A stretch of 64,000 bases of DNA, taken from Heterodontus francisci (lineage: Eukaryota). The stretch is from assembly GCF_036365525.1 (NCBI RefSeq), contig NC_090400.1, forward strand, positions 33,010,613 through 33,074,612, in the 5' to 3' direction. The translations under genes and the position numbers were made by a program. The notes beneath the pieces are model-generated. The model was not told the origin of the DNA and did not search any database. It saw only the letters and a list, made by a program, of their open reading frames with translations. Positions 13,405-26,894 of this stretch are shown here, piece after piece (within the stretch, counting starts at the first letter, position 1; the number at the start of each line of letters is the position of its first letter).

Positions 13405-14830
13405 TAGAACATAGAAAATAGGAGCAGGAGTAAGCAATTCAGCCCATCGAACCTGCTCCACCATTCAAACAGATCATGGCTGATCATCTACCTCTACACC
13501 ATTTTTCCCCACTATCCCCCTATCCATTGATGTCATTGGTATCCAATCTATCAATTTCATTCTTGAACATGCTCATCGATTGAGCTTCACAGGCCTCTGG
13601 GGTAGAGGAGAATTCCACAGATTCACCACCCTCTAAGTAAAGAAATTCCTCCTCACCTCAGTCTTAAATGGGCTGCCCCTTATTTTGAGACTGTGTCCCC
13701 TGGTTCTAGACTCACCAGCCTGAGGAAACATCCTATCCACATCTACCCTGTCATGCCCTGTAAGAATTTTGCAATTTTCAGTGGGATTACCTCTCATTCT
13801 TTGAAACTCTAGGGAATACAGGCCCGGTTTCCTCAATCTCTCCTCAGAGGACAATCCCGACAACCCAGGAATTAATCTGGTGAACCTCCATTGCACTCCC
13901 GCTATGGCAAGTATATCCTTCCTTAGATAAGGAGACCAAAACTGTACAAAGCTCCCGCACTGGGCTTCGTGGTGGGGGGGCTGATAGATTGTTCCGACAG
14001 TGGCCCACCACGGAACCTGATGCCAGGAGGGCTGGGCCCGATCTTCCCGGTGGTGCCGAGGCTCCGTGGCTGGTTCCCCCACCCCCCGCTGGGCGACGGG
14101 ACCTGGATCAAAATATTCAAATTAGCAGAATGCATATGTTTAAATAAAATTGACTCCAATCTTACCACTGGGCCGCGATCTTCTGAGCGGCGGTCGGCAC
14201 TCACGCGTCTTCACTTTCCCGTCTGAGAAAAGCAGGCGCCACAGTGGTGGAGAAGGGGGGGATCTTAAGATTTTTAGTGTAGGCATTGGGTGGGGGGATT
14301 CAAATTTACATCATTAGTGTAGGGGATGGTGAGAAGGGGTGACCTGTACACTTTGTTCAATTTGGGGGAGGTCAAGTGGGGAAGGTAAGTGCGTTGGTGG
14401 GGGAGAGGGCAAATAATGAATGTTATTGTTATTGGGGGGTGGGAAAGGGGCAGCAGATTTTTAATCAGTACAGTGGGGGTATAACTTTAAATATTAAAAT
14501 TAGCCAACTGGGCTTTAAAAATGGCAGAAACGCATGCGCACAGGCGTCTGATGCCATTGCCGGCATCGAAGAGCCCGCCGCCTCCACATGATTGATGGGG
14601 TGGGGCAGCCCGACTATCTTATTATCGTGGGTTGCTGCGAGGAAGATCGCGACAGCATGGCGACGTGCAGCCCGCACGTGCAGGTTGCCTTTTTTTTGTC
14701 CACCGCCACTCACGGCGGCGGGTGCATAAAATCCAGTCCCAAGTGTGGTCTCACCAAGGCTCTATACAATTGCATCATGCCAGTTACTTACTTGAATACT
14801 TCCCATTCTTTGGCTGAAGGCTTACACATT
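13405..14830 (-). mobile_element. CR1 3' fragment interrupted by a GC-rich MITE-like insert (13949-14740)
   Basis: VQFWSPYLRKD...RRNFFT in ORF 13633..14082; CR1 sequence resumes at aagtgtggtctcacc (14741); insert ends in a TIR-like aaaatccagtccc. Confidence 0.75.
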
Positions 14831-14834
14831 AATT

Positions 14835-15900
14835 AGTCAGCCCAGTTTACTATAGCCAATTCAATTCTCATCCATTTGAAGTTTGCCTTACTTATAGTAA
14901 AAACCTTGGTTTAGGACTCCCTTCTCCCTCTCAAACCTAATAGCAAATTCAAACATATTATGATCACTATTTGCAAAATGGACCTTTACCATAACTGTTA
15001 ACTAATCCTGGTCCATTACTCATTATTAAATCCAGTATGACCTGTTCCTTTATCAGTTCTAAAACATATTGTTCCAGGAAACTATCCCGAATGTGACTGT
15101 TGGTAATTCACTGCCTTACTACTTGAACTGTTCTGCTTCTCCCAGTCTGAGAAAACTAAATTCTCCCATTATAATCACATTGTTTCTGCTCCATGCTTTC
15201 CTGACCTCCCTACTTACGGATCACTACAATCAGGAGATCTGTAGACAGCTCCAACAGAATCTTGCGTCTATTGCTGTTCCTTAACTCTACCCATAGTTTT
15301 TGCACTGTCTGATACTGAAATCCCTTCTTTCTACTGCAGCACTTGGGTCCTTTATTAATATCGCTACGCTCCCATCTTTCACAATTTCCGTGTCCTTCCT
15401 AAAGACCCTGTAAATATTTAGCTCCTTGTTAATTATGCTGTGATTGTAGTCTGGTCTCTGTAATGGTGATTAGCTGAATGTGTGCTTCTAGCTCAGTAGT
15501 TTTACTTCTTATACTATGTGCATTTGTGCACAGAACTTTTATCTGAGTAAATGTCTCCAACCAGCCCATAAGTCCCACAGTTCCTCTATCACTTTTTGAT
15601 TTGCAGTGTAGACTTTCCCCTCCCAAGTCCCTAACTAGTTTCAATCTTTCTTCACCGTCCTATTTATTCTTTCCACAAGGACACAGGTACCTCTCCGATT
15701 TAGGTGGCAGCCATTCCATCTGTGCCATGTCTCATTTCCCTACAAGTGGTCAGAGGGTCCCTGGAATCTGAAAAACTCCTTTTGACATCATCCTTCCAGC
15801 TACCCATTGACAATCCTAATCTTGCTCTCCCTTTCTGGTGTAGTGTGTGGAACTGGAAGTAATCCACAGATTACTACCCTGGAACTTCTGCTCCTTAATC
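14835..15900 (-). mobile_element. Old CR1 fragment (ORF1 end and APE region)
   Basis: RVVICGLLPVPH (ORF1-like) and CTNAHSIRSK...ITETRL (APE-like) remnants. Confidence 0.7.
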
Positions 15901-16191
15901 TAGAATTTGGTGTCCTTGTTAACATTTTTGTGTCAATAATATATTTTGAACAAATATCTTTTACAACTGTTACTTTTCTCCATCCTTTGCTGCTATTGTA
16001 TGGGAATATTGCACCTTCTCTTTGTGCTTTTAAATTATGCACTGTTTCCAGACTTGCAGCCAGGTCACCTGAATATTGAAGACAGCAACCTGTCATATAG
16101 TGCCATGTTTTCCTGTCTTCTTTACATGAAAGTGGGTTGTATGCCTCACCACTACAACAGTGCTTGCAACACTCCATTAAAAGAAAAAGTT

Positions 16192-17405
16192 CATTAGAGA
16201 TAGTCAGCACGGTTTTGTGAAGGGTAGGTCGTGCCTCACAAACCTATTGAGTTTTTTGAGAAGGTGACTATACAGGTGGATGAGGGTAAAGCCGTGGATG
16301 TGGTGTATATGGATTTCAGTAAGGCATTTGATAAGGTTCCCCACGGTAGGCTATTGCAGAAAATACGGAAGTATGGGATTGAAGGTGATTTAGTGCTTTG
16401 GATCAGAAATTGGCTAGCTGAAAGAAGACAGAGGGTGGTGGTTGATGGCAAATGTTCATCCTGGAGTTTAGTTACTAGTGGTGTACCGCAAGGATCTGTT
16501 TTGGGGCCACTGCTGTTTGTCATTTTTATAAATGACCTGGATGAGGGTGTAGAAGGGTGGGTTAGTAAATTTGCGGATGACACGAAGGTCGGTGGAGTTG
16601 TGGATAGTGCCAAAAGATGTTGCAGGTTACAGAGGGACATAGGCTGCAGAGCTGGGCTGAGAGATGGCAAATGGAGTTTAATGCGGAAAAGTGTGAGGTG
16701 ATTCACTTTGGAAGGAGTAACAGGAATGCAGAGTACTGGGCTAATGGGAAGATTCTTGGTAGTGTAGATGAGCAGAGAGATCTTGGTGTCCAGGTACATA
16801 AATCCCTGAAAGTTTCCACCCAGGTTAATAGGGCTGTTAAGAAGGCATATGGTGTGTTAGCTTTTATTAGTAGGGGGATCGAGTTTCGGAGCCACGAGGT
16901 CATGCTGCAGCTGTACAAAACTCTGGTGCGGCCGCACCTGGAGTATTGCGTGCAGTTCTGGTCACCGCATTATAGGAAGGATGTGGAAGCTTTGGAAAGG
17001 GTGCACAGGAGATTTACTAGGATGTTGCCTGGTATGGAGGGAAGGTCTTATGAGGAAAGGCTGAGGGACTTGAGGTTGTTTTCGTTAGAGAGAAGGAGGA
17101 GGAGAGGTGACTTAATAGAGACATATAAGATAATCAGAGGGTTAGATAGGGTGGATAGTGAGAGTCTTTTTCCTCGGATGGTGATGGCAAGCACGAGGGG
17201 ACATAGCTTTAAGTTGAGGGGTGATAGATATAGGACAGATGTCAGAGGTAGTTTCTTTACTCAGAGAGTAGTAGGGGCGTGGAACGCCCTGCCTGCAACA
17301 GTAGTAGACTCGCCAACTTTAAGGGCATTTAAGTGGTCATTGGATAGACATATGGATGAAAATGGAATAGTGTAGGTCAGATGGTTTCACAGGTCGGCGC
17401 AACAT
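16192..17405 (+). mobile_element. Young 5'-truncated CR1 (RT domain to 3' UTR)
   Basis: ORFs 16231..16701 and 16617..17375 with DFSKAFD, GVPQGS, FADD; one frameshift. Confidence 0.93.
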
Positions 17406-17549
17406 GTAAGGAGTTATTATGGTATTCTTAGTAGATTGTGAAGTCAAATAATTATCTTACAATTATAACAATTAGTAAAAACATTTAAACTGTTCCATTT
17501 TCCTTTATTAATTTTGGAACAGCTCTTATTCTGCTTTAGGTCTAAGTCA

Positions 17550-18540
17550 GAGTCATGAAGTCAGAGTTATATAGCACAGAAACAGGCCCTTCGGCCCATC
17601 GCGTCTGTGCCGGCCATCAAGCACCTATCCATTCTAATCCCATTTTCAAGCACTTGGCCCGTAGCCTTGTATGCTATGGCATTTCAAGTGCTCATCTAAA
17701 TACTTCTTAAATGTTGTGAGGGTTCCTGCCTCTACCACCCCTTCAGGCAGTATGTTCCAAATTCCAACCACCCTCTGGGTGAAAACATTTTTCTCCAAAT
17801 CTCCTCTAAACCTCCTGCCCCTTACCTTAAATCTTTGCCCCCTGGTTATTGATCCCTCTGCTAATGGAAAACGTTTCTTCCTGTCTATCCTATCGATGTT
17901 CCTCATAATTTAGTATACCTCAATCAGTTCCCCCCTCAGCCTTCTCTGCTCTAAGGAAAACAACGCTAGACTATCCAGTCTCTCTTCATAGCTGAAATGC
18001 TCCAGCCCAGGCAACATCCTGGTGAATCTCTCTGCACCCTCTCCAGTGCAATCACATCCTTCCTGTAGTGTGGTGACCAGAACTGTACACAGTACTCCAG
18101 CTGTGGCCTAACTATCATATTATACAGCTCCATCATAACCTCCCTGCTCCTATATTCTATGCCTCAGCTAATAAAGGCAAGTATCCCATATGCCTTCCTA
18201 ACCACCTTATCTACCTGTGCTGCTGCCTTCAGTGCTCTATGGGCAAATACACTAAGGTCCCTCTGACCCTCTGTACTTCCTAGGGTCCTACCATCCATTG
18301 TATATTCCCTTGCCTTGTTAGCCCTCCCAAAATGCATCACCTCACACTTCTCAGGATTAAATTCCACTTGCCACTGCTCTGCCCATCTTACCAGCCCATC
18401 TATATTCTGTAATCTAAGGCTTTCCTCCTCACTATTTACACCACCAATTTTCGTGTCATCTGCAAACTTACTGATCATACCTCCTATATTCACGTCTAAA
18501 TCATTAATGTACACTACAGACAGCAAGGGTTCCAGCACTG
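17550..18540 (-). mobile_element. 5'-truncated CR1
   Basis: ORFs 18164..18538 (SKFADDTK) and 17646..17906. Confidence 0.9.
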
Positions 18541-18545
18541 AGGCT

Positions 18546-18825
18546 ACACACCATTAACATACCGTTTGCCTTTGCTCCATAACCTTCTGGTCAGTTAATC
18601 TCTGTGACCCTGTCCTGTTAACACCTTCCCTTTTGTTATCTCTTGCCCTACCCCTGCTTTATTTGTTTAAAACCTGTTACATTTCTAACCTTTGCCAGTT
18701 AAGGGTCACTGACCTGAAACGTTAACTCTGCTTCTCTCTCCACAGATGCTGCCAGACCTGCTGAGTATTTCCAACATTAATTGTTTTTATTTCAGATTTC
18801 CAGCATCTGCGTTATTTTGCTTTTA
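18546..18825 (+). mobile_element. Neptune-like PLE 3' fragment with deleted hammerhead core
   Basis: Collinear with 32580-32859; reads gccagtt-aagggtc where other copies carry ctgatg or ccgaag. Confidence 0.8.
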
Positions 18826-19079
18826 TTTATGTAAGAATGAAGCCATTAGGTTCCCATTGTATTACGACTATTGGTCTCAAACCAATATCTGTAACGTCCC
18901 AATGTCGTCCCTGGTGTGCTGGTCAATATTTATTCCTCAACATCACTAAACAGATTATCTGATCATTACCTCATTGCTGTTCGTGGAACCTTGACTGCCA
19001 TGTTTCCTACACTACAACAGTGACTGCTCTTCAAAAGTTAATTATTAGCTGTAAAAGCACTTTGGAACATCTCAGGTTG

Positions 19080-19293
19080 CTTCCACCACCTCCTGGAACT
19101 TGCTGCCGGGGAGGTGGTGGAAGCCGGTACGATAGCGACGTTTAAGAGGCATCTTGACAAATACATGAATAGGATGGGAATAGAGGGATACGGTCCCCGG
19201 AAGCGCAGAAGGTTTTAGTTTAGGCAGGCATCAAGATCGGTGCAGGCTTAGAGGGCCGAATGGCCTGTTCCTGTGCTGTACTGTTCTTTGTTG
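19080..19293 (+). mobile_element. Short young CR1 3' end with a small 5' inversion, inside a SINE tail
   Basis: Near-identical to 11024-11228 and to the 3' end of 51706-52334; cttccaccacctcc is inverted relative to ggaggtggtggaag; gttg flanks both sides. Confidence 0.85.
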
Positions 19294-20929
19294 TGAAAGG
19301 CACTTTATAAATTTATAAAACATCGAGGGCCAAAGGGCCTGTACTGCGCTGTAATGTTCTATGTTCTATTAGAAAGTTTGCTGACACTTAAAGGACATCA
19401 TTTTTCTGTTGTAACATTCTTTCCAATCACTTTGCACTCCACAGCTGCATTAAACTTTTCAACAATCCAGAACATAGGAAAAACTACTGGTGAAGAAAAG
19501 GCCATTGAAACTTATCCCCTTACTGCTCTATCTCATCCTTACATCCCCTTACTGCTTTAAATCACTCAGCGTCGCATAAAACAGCCAGTGATGAGTTGCA
19601 TTCTCACACAACACATGGATAAAACATGCCATCCCCACACTTCCATTAGCAGCTGCCTATTTAGGAAAAGGCATAGAATGTTCTTAAACTTTTAATGAAA
19701 AGTAATATCAGAACCTGGGTTGCTCATCAATATACATTTCAAAATGCTGACAGTCCTATCATATAGTCCTTCCTCTGCCACTTAATGAAAGACAGACAGA
19801 ATTGGATGGATTGCACACTTCTTTATTGATTAAAAAAAGTCACAAGACAAACTGGAAAAATATCTAGTTTGAAAACTTTTACATTATACAAAATATTTTA
19901 AATTTACATATCGATAGCAATAATCCAGTTCTCACAGTACTGCCACGATACATTCATACTGTTAACAAAATTACAAATTTCAGTGAACTTTATTTACATG
20001 TTTTCATTAATTACAATTCAAAATGTACAGAAGTATTACAGGATTATTTTATTGCATAAAGACTAAACAGAATCTAACGGTTCGCATTTGCTATATCTCC
20101 TCATTCACATACAACATCAAATGATATCAGCAACAACATTTTCCTCTAACTGTACATTGCTAAATACACTCTATGGATTATAACAAAATAACTTGGTAAA
20201 ATGAAAGCAAACCAGAAAGGAGCAACACTGGTTCAAGGGAGCTTTTGTTCAATGGTCTCAACAAAGGGATAGCTCCTGTATTTGCTTTGTTGCTACTTCA
20301 CTTAAGGTAGATTACACAACTGTAAGAAACAACTGATCACAGCTAGGCTGTTCTTCACCAGTATCAAGTGTGCTAAAGCTCTGAATAGACTTATTTTGGA
20401 GGTTATGTCACTCTGTAATTTGTGTTGTTCTTATTGTTCTTCTCTTGAGACCACTTTAGTGCACACACTCGAATTCCAGCACTGTCTGGCCCAGGGAAAA
20501 AAATGTTTCCTTCTCCATCTACCATGCCATCATTTACGTTTATATAGGTGTAATGAATTACCACCTGCTCAATGCTATAGAGGTTTTGTAAATTAATTCT
20601 TTAATCCTATATTTCTCTATCTGTATGTGTATTTTATATATAAATACAGGGAAGACAGCTTCCTACCTGCACAAAATATATACACACTGACAGTTACACA
20701 TACCATCATAGCCACTATGGCACCCTGAGGCTTTTTGATATCTGATTTTGTTCAAAATTCTAAGTTGCTGAGTTTGTGTTACTCAGGACAGCATCGAATA
20801 ACTTCAATACATAGGTAACTAAGTTAGTAATCTCCTGACATTAGAACAGCATCCTTCGCCCTCCTATTTTACAAGTTATTTTCTACCATCTCTTGGGTCT
20901 CCTGATTCACCATTTCCTGCAGATCCCTA

Positions 20930-21660
20930 GGGCCGGAATTTTACGCCACCCTAGCGGATCGGATGGTGGTGTGGCGGCGGCGTAAAATTGAGCAGCAGGT
21001 TCCGGGAGGCATACCCGCCTCGATTCCGCCTCCAAACAAGTTTACGGAGGTCTGGCGGGCAGACGGGGTGGGTGAGAAACGGCCCACCTGCCCGAGGCCA
21101 ATCAAGACCCTTAAGTGGCCACTTAACGGCCACTTAAGGGCCCTCGCCTGCCTCCACGGGTATTTTACCCTTGGCAAGCGGGTGTGCCGGGGACGTGAAA
21201 GGCTGCCCAGCAATAGCTGTCGGCCTTTGGGGTGGGGGAACATGGCAGTCGGGCACAGGGTGCCCGATTGAGGGCTGCCCCCGCCTCCAAGGATCCAAGA
21301 CACTCCCCTCCCCCCAAACGACCACCCTAGCCTCACCAGGGCACGACCGATCCTCCTGGTGAGGCAACCCAAACTTACCCACTCTCTCGGGTCCATAGCG
21401 TCGGCTGAACTGTAGTCCCAGCAGTGGCCACCACTCCCGGTGGCGCTGCTGAGACTAAGAGCTGCCGGCTCGCTGATTGGCCAGCAGCTCACTGAGGCGG
21501 GTCCTCCTCCCTCAAGTGGGTGGAAATCCCGCCTCGGGCCAATTAAAGCCTGGGGATCCGTAAAATATGCGGCGGATCCCCAGGCTAGGCGGAAGTGGGT
21601 TCCTCACTGATATTTATGCCAGAGTCCGGCTCCTGTCTGCCCACTGTAAAATTCCGGCCC
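20930..21660. mobile_element. Young CpG-rich MITE (Harbinger-like termini)
   Basis: Perfect 15-bp TIR gggccggaattttac / gtaaaattccggccc; flanks cta and tag (TA or TAG duplication). Confidence 0.88.
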
Positions 21661-22689
21661 TAGTCTCAGACCTCTACCAATGTAACGCTGTATCTAACTG
21701 CTCTGAGGTATGTGTGAGTATCTCAGCTTGACCTGCTCAATAATTTTCATTCCTCCGGGGGATTGCAACAACCACAGCTTTCTTCAGTGCCTCTCCCTGA
21801 TGACCTGTCTGAAATTTCACATTCAGCCCAAAGAAATGCGAGTACAAAGGCCAGTACAGTACTAGCATTGCCTGGTTCAAACCATCGGAATATTAATGAG
21901 CTCTGCCTAGGACAGTGTAAGGAGTTTAATTTAAAAAATGGTCTAGGCTGAAACAAACAAATATAACTTAAGTAATAAAAATTAACCATCTGAACAAAGA
22001 AAAATGAACAGACATCAGTTAACAATGAGAAATTGCAGTGCATTTAATAATCTTGCAAAAGCTAATCTACACTGAATAATTGATTCAATTTGTGCTGCTT
22101 TGTGAAAGAGACAGATATTCGTCCTGTTTCAGATGTATTTATTCCCTAAACATTCCTTTTAGATATTTAATGATCAGTTAAAATAAGTGTTATTACTGAG
22201 GATTGAAATTGCACTTTATGTTAGTTATGAACACATTAATGCAGTTACATGAAATTCTGTTGTTATTTTAATGAAGGTGTTAACCCGTTTATTTTAGCCA
22301 CTTTGTTGCTAATACTGCAGTGTGATTTCAAGTACTTCAATGTGCTTATGGAAAAAAAAAATCAGGCTTTTCACTGGGCAATTTGTTCACACATCTGTGC
22401 CATTTTGGAGCTCTGCATAATTTATCAGCTGACAGCTAGGCAATGCTCCATAATGATGTTGCAAAGCAATTGTTAAAGGAATCTATTTAGAGATGATGCT
22501 GGCTAAAATTGTGCTGCATACACTTTTAAGTATTAATTGATTAGTTAATTATAATTATCAAACATTAATTTCAAGTGTATTATCAAGTGAAGAAAATGCA
22601 AGCAATCCCAATATGTTCAGTTCGGATCATTGGAGTCCAATGACATCAGTGGGCTCTAACTGTAATTTTAACTCTACCCTGAGTGGGGA

Positions 22690-25605
22690 AGCTGCTGTGG
22701 CATCCCACTTTCTAACCAGTATTCAGTTCTGAGTACCGATGGAAGAGAAAGTTCCTCTGGAGAGAGCAGCGAGAGTCATGACCAGAGCACTATGGGTGGC
22801 TCAGCTGTTCAGGGAGGGAGGAGAAAAGATAGGACAGCAATAGTGGTAGGGGATTCTATAGTCAGGGGAACAGACAGGCGTTTCTGTGGTCGCAGATGTG
22901 ATTCCAGGATGGTCTGTTGCCTCCCTGGTGCAAGGGTCATGGATATCACCAAGCGGCTATGGAGCATTCTGGAGAGCGAGGGTGCACAGCCAGAGGTCGT
23001 GGTCCACATTGGTACCAATGATACAGGTAGAAAAGGGGATGAGGTCCTACAGGCTGAGTTTAGGGAGTTAGGAAAGAGATTAGCAAGCAGAACCTCAAAG
23101 ATAATAATCTCCGGATTACTCCCAAGGCCATGTGCTATTGAATACAGAAATAGGAGAATACACCAGATGAATGCATGGCTGGAGAGACGGTGCAGGAGAG
23201 AGGGCTTCAGATTTCTGGGGAATTGGGACCGGTTCTGGTGAAGGTGGGACCTATACAAGCCAGACAGTTTACACCTGAACAGGACTGGGACGAATACCCT
23301 TGCAGGAAGGTTTGCCAGTGCTGTTGGGGATGATTTAAACTGGATTGGCAGGGGGATGGGAACCTGAGGGCAGTTTCAGATAGGACAAATTCAGGGCAGG
23401 GAACGGGAGGCATAAAATTAGTGAGTGACACTGAAAGGCAGAAAAAGCAAAGGTTAAAAAGTGTGCAGCACTGGAATTTGGCAGTGTTAAAGGGTATTTA
23501 TTTAAATGCAAGGAGTATAGCACAAAAAGGCAATGAGCTGAGGATGCAGATAGACACATGGCAGCATATCATTGCTATAATGGAAACTTGGCTTAAAGAG
23601 GGGCAAGAATGGCAGCTCAACATCCCTGGATATAGAGTTTTCAGGCAGGATAAAGAGGGGGATAAAAAAGGAGAGGGTGTAGCATTATTGTTTAAGGAAT
23701 CAGTAACAGCTGTGTGGAGGGATGATATGCTAAATGAATCATCAAATGAGGCCCATATGGGTTGAGCTCAGAAATAAAAAAGGGGCAACCACACTACTAG
23801 GAGTGTACTATAGAGCCCCAAATAGTGAGAGGGAGATAGAAGAACAAATATGTAGGCAAATTTCTGAGTGCAAAAACAATAGGGCAATAATAGTTGCGGA
23901 TTTCAAGTACCACAAAATCAACTGGGGTACATACAGTGTGAAGGGCACAGAGAGCACAAAATTCTTGAACTGCATTCAAGGGAACTTTTTAGCCAGCACA
24001 TAACAAGCCCAAAGAGAGGGGCACAATTCTAGATTTGGTCTTAGGAAATGAAGCTGGGCAAGTGGATGAAGTAGCAATGGGTGACCATTTTGGAGATAAT
24101 GACCATGATACAGTTTGATTTAGCATTATTATGGAAATGGTCAAAGATAGAACAGGAGTAAAAGTTCTAAATTGGAGGAAGGCAAATTTTACAAAGCTGA
24201 GAGGTGATCTGACAAAAGTGGAATGGATACAGCTACTTGAAGGAAAATCAGTGGCAAACCAGTGGAAGGCATTCAAAAGCGAGATTCTACGGGAACAGTG
24301 TAGACATGTCCCCACAAAGAAAAAGGGTGGTACTGCCAAATCTTGAGTCCCCTGGTTATCTAGAAGCATTCAGAGTAAGATAAAGCAGAAAAAGAAAGCT
24401 TATGACAGTCACAAAAAACTTAATACTTTAGAAAACCTAGTGCAGAGGTGAAGTAAAAAAGGAAATTAGGAAAGCTAAGAGAGGACATGAAAAAATATTG
24501 GCAGGTAAAATCAAGAAAAACCCAAAGATATTTTATCAGTACATTAAGAGCAAGAGGATAACTAAGAAAAGGGTAGGGCCTGTCAGAGATGGACAAGGTA
24601 ACTTAATCGTGGATGCTGAAGATGTGGGCAGGGTTCTTAATGAGTACTTTATCTCTGTCTTCATTAAGGAATGATGCAGACATAGTAGTTAAAAGGAGGA
24701 GTGTGAAATATTAAATATGATAAGCATAATGAGAGAGGAAGTACTAGAGGGTCTCACATCCTTGAAAGTGGATAAATCACCAGGGCTGGATGGATTGTAT
24801 CCCAGGTTGTAAAAGGAAGCCAGGGAGGAAATAGCGAATGCTCTGAGGATCATTTTCAAATTCTCACTAGATACAGGTGAAGTACCAGAGAATCGGAGGT
24901 CTGCAAATGTTATACCATTGTTTAAAAACAGTGCAAGGGATAGGCCAAATAATTATAGGCCAGACTGACCTTGGTGCTGGGCAAATTACTAGAATCAATT
25001 CTGAAAGCTTGGATAAACTGTCACTTAGAAAGGCACGGATTAATCAGGGATAGTCAGCATGGATTTGTTAAGGGAAGGTCATGTCTTACCAACTGGCTCA
25101 TAATTGCTCTGGAGAAAGTACAGAGGAGATTTACAAGAATGCTGCCAGGGCTTGAAAATTGCAACTATGAGGAAAGATTGGATTGGCTAGGGTTGTTAGG
25201 GTTAGAACAGAGGAGGCTGAGAGGTGAGTTAATTGAGGTGTACAAAATTATGAGGGGCCTAGATAGAGTAAACAGGAAGGACCTGTTTCCCCCAGCGGAA
25301 AGGTCAATTACCAGGGGGCACAGATTTAAAGTGGCTGGTAAAAGAATTACAGGGGATATGAGGAAAAACCTTTTCACCCAGAGGGTGGTAGGTGTCTGGA
25401 ATTCGCTGCCCAGATCGGTGGTGGAGGCAGAAACCCTCAACTTATTTAAAAGATACTGGACCTGCACCTGAAGTGCTGTAACCTTCAAGGCTACAGACCA
25501 GGTGCTGGAAGGTGGGATTAGAATGAGCGAAAGTTTTTCAGTCAGCGCAGACACGATGGGCTGAATGGCCTCTTTCTGTGCCGTAACTTTTCTATGGTTC
25601 TATGA
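22690..25605 (+). mobile_element. Degenerate CR1 (ORF1 esterase, APE, RT with internal deletion)
   Basis: GDS/HIGTND ORF 22792..23241; SCLTN is joined almost directly to ALEKVQRRF near 25092, so the RT core is missing. Confidence 0.9.
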
Positions 25606-26085
25606 ATAGAATCTTACAGTGCAGAAGGAGGCCATTCAGGTGATCATGCCTGTGCTGGCTTTTGAAAAAGCTATCCAATTAGTTGCACTACTCTATTTCC
25701 TCAGAGCCCTGCAAATTTTTCCTTTTCAAGAACATATCCAATTCCATTTTGAAAGTTACTATTGAATCACCTACCATCACCTTTCAGACAGTGCATTTGC
25801 AGAGCATAACAACGGGCTGCATAAAAAAATTCTCCTTATCGCCCCTCTGATTTCTTTGCCAATTAGTTTAAATCTGTGACTCCTGGTTACTGACCCATTC
25901 ATTCAGAAACAGTTTCTCCTTACTTAATATATCAAAATCCCATGTAATTTTTGACATCTTTATTAAATCTCCCCTTAACCTTCTCTGCTCTAAGGAGAAC
26001 AATCTCAGCTTCTCCATTGTCTCTGCATAACTGAGTCCCTGATCCCTGGTATCATTCTCACAAATCTCCTTTGCAGCCACTGCAA
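25606..26085 (-). mobile_element. CR1 3' fragment, tail-to-tail with the previous element
   Basis: [14 protein letters not shown] in ORF 25868..26080. Confidence 0.75.
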
Positions 26086-26714
26086 AGCCTTACTTATTGA
26101 AGTAATTTCCACAGGCCAATGTTAAAATCGTCATGCCCTCCTTCTCCCAAGGATGGGAGGAATCTATTTAAAACCTCCTGACACTTAAAATCCTCCACCA
26201 CATCCCCATTATCTTTGAATATTGGTAATGGAATGGTGCCAGTTAGATAAACCCACTGGACAAGGATACTTGAGATAAAGAGACCGCTATGATGTTGGTT
26301 TCAGAAACAGGACATGGTCACTGGTTCGTTTGTTTTAGTTTTGGCAGGGTATAGTGCAAGTTTAAGTGCTTTGTTTTCCGATAATTTATAACATTTTAAT
26401 CTATTATCATGGATTGAAGTGCTGTCCATTATTGTATGGCATGCGGAAAAAGGACTTCTATAATGAAGGACAATCTGCTATGAAGCACAACATGTTCCAA
26501 TGAGATTTCTCGATTAAACAGCATCGGCTGCACCCATACACATATATACTAAAAATAACAAGCTACTGCATGAGTATCACTTATCTGCTAATTGTTAGTT
26601 ATTGTTAATCAGTACAAAATGAGATATTTATAACACTGGAGTTTCCCTTTAAATCCATTGGACAGGAGAAGAAAATGTGCTCTGCTTGTGATAATGCTGT
26701 TAACTGCAGGTTGC

Positions 26715-26894
26715 TCAGTTGAATAATATAGAGGTCCAGACTGCAAGTAACGCTGACAGTACTGCAGCATTGAAAGGTATGACAGCTGAATCCGAAACAT
26801 AGACTGTACGACCATTTAGATTTTGAACAGGCCTGAAGTTTAAAACCATGGGTTTTGAATTACTGTAGAAGACAGTTTCAGAAAATGTTTTGAG
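26715..26894 (-). CDS. ca4: CA4-like last coding exon (NFRPVQNLNGRTV plus GPI signal)
   Basis: tgtttcag acceptor; NFRPxQ motif; hydrophobic tail AVLSALLAVWTSILFN; TGA at 26715-26717. Confidence 0.94.
   Translation of the reverse strand, partial: LKTFSETVFYSNSKPMVLNFRPVQNLNGRTVYVSDSAVIPFNAAVLSALLAVWTSILFN

Noticed and set aside
20941-21492. 183-aa ORF and CpG-island-like region
   Set aside because: Lies wholly within a TIR-bounded MITE; GC richness explains the open frames
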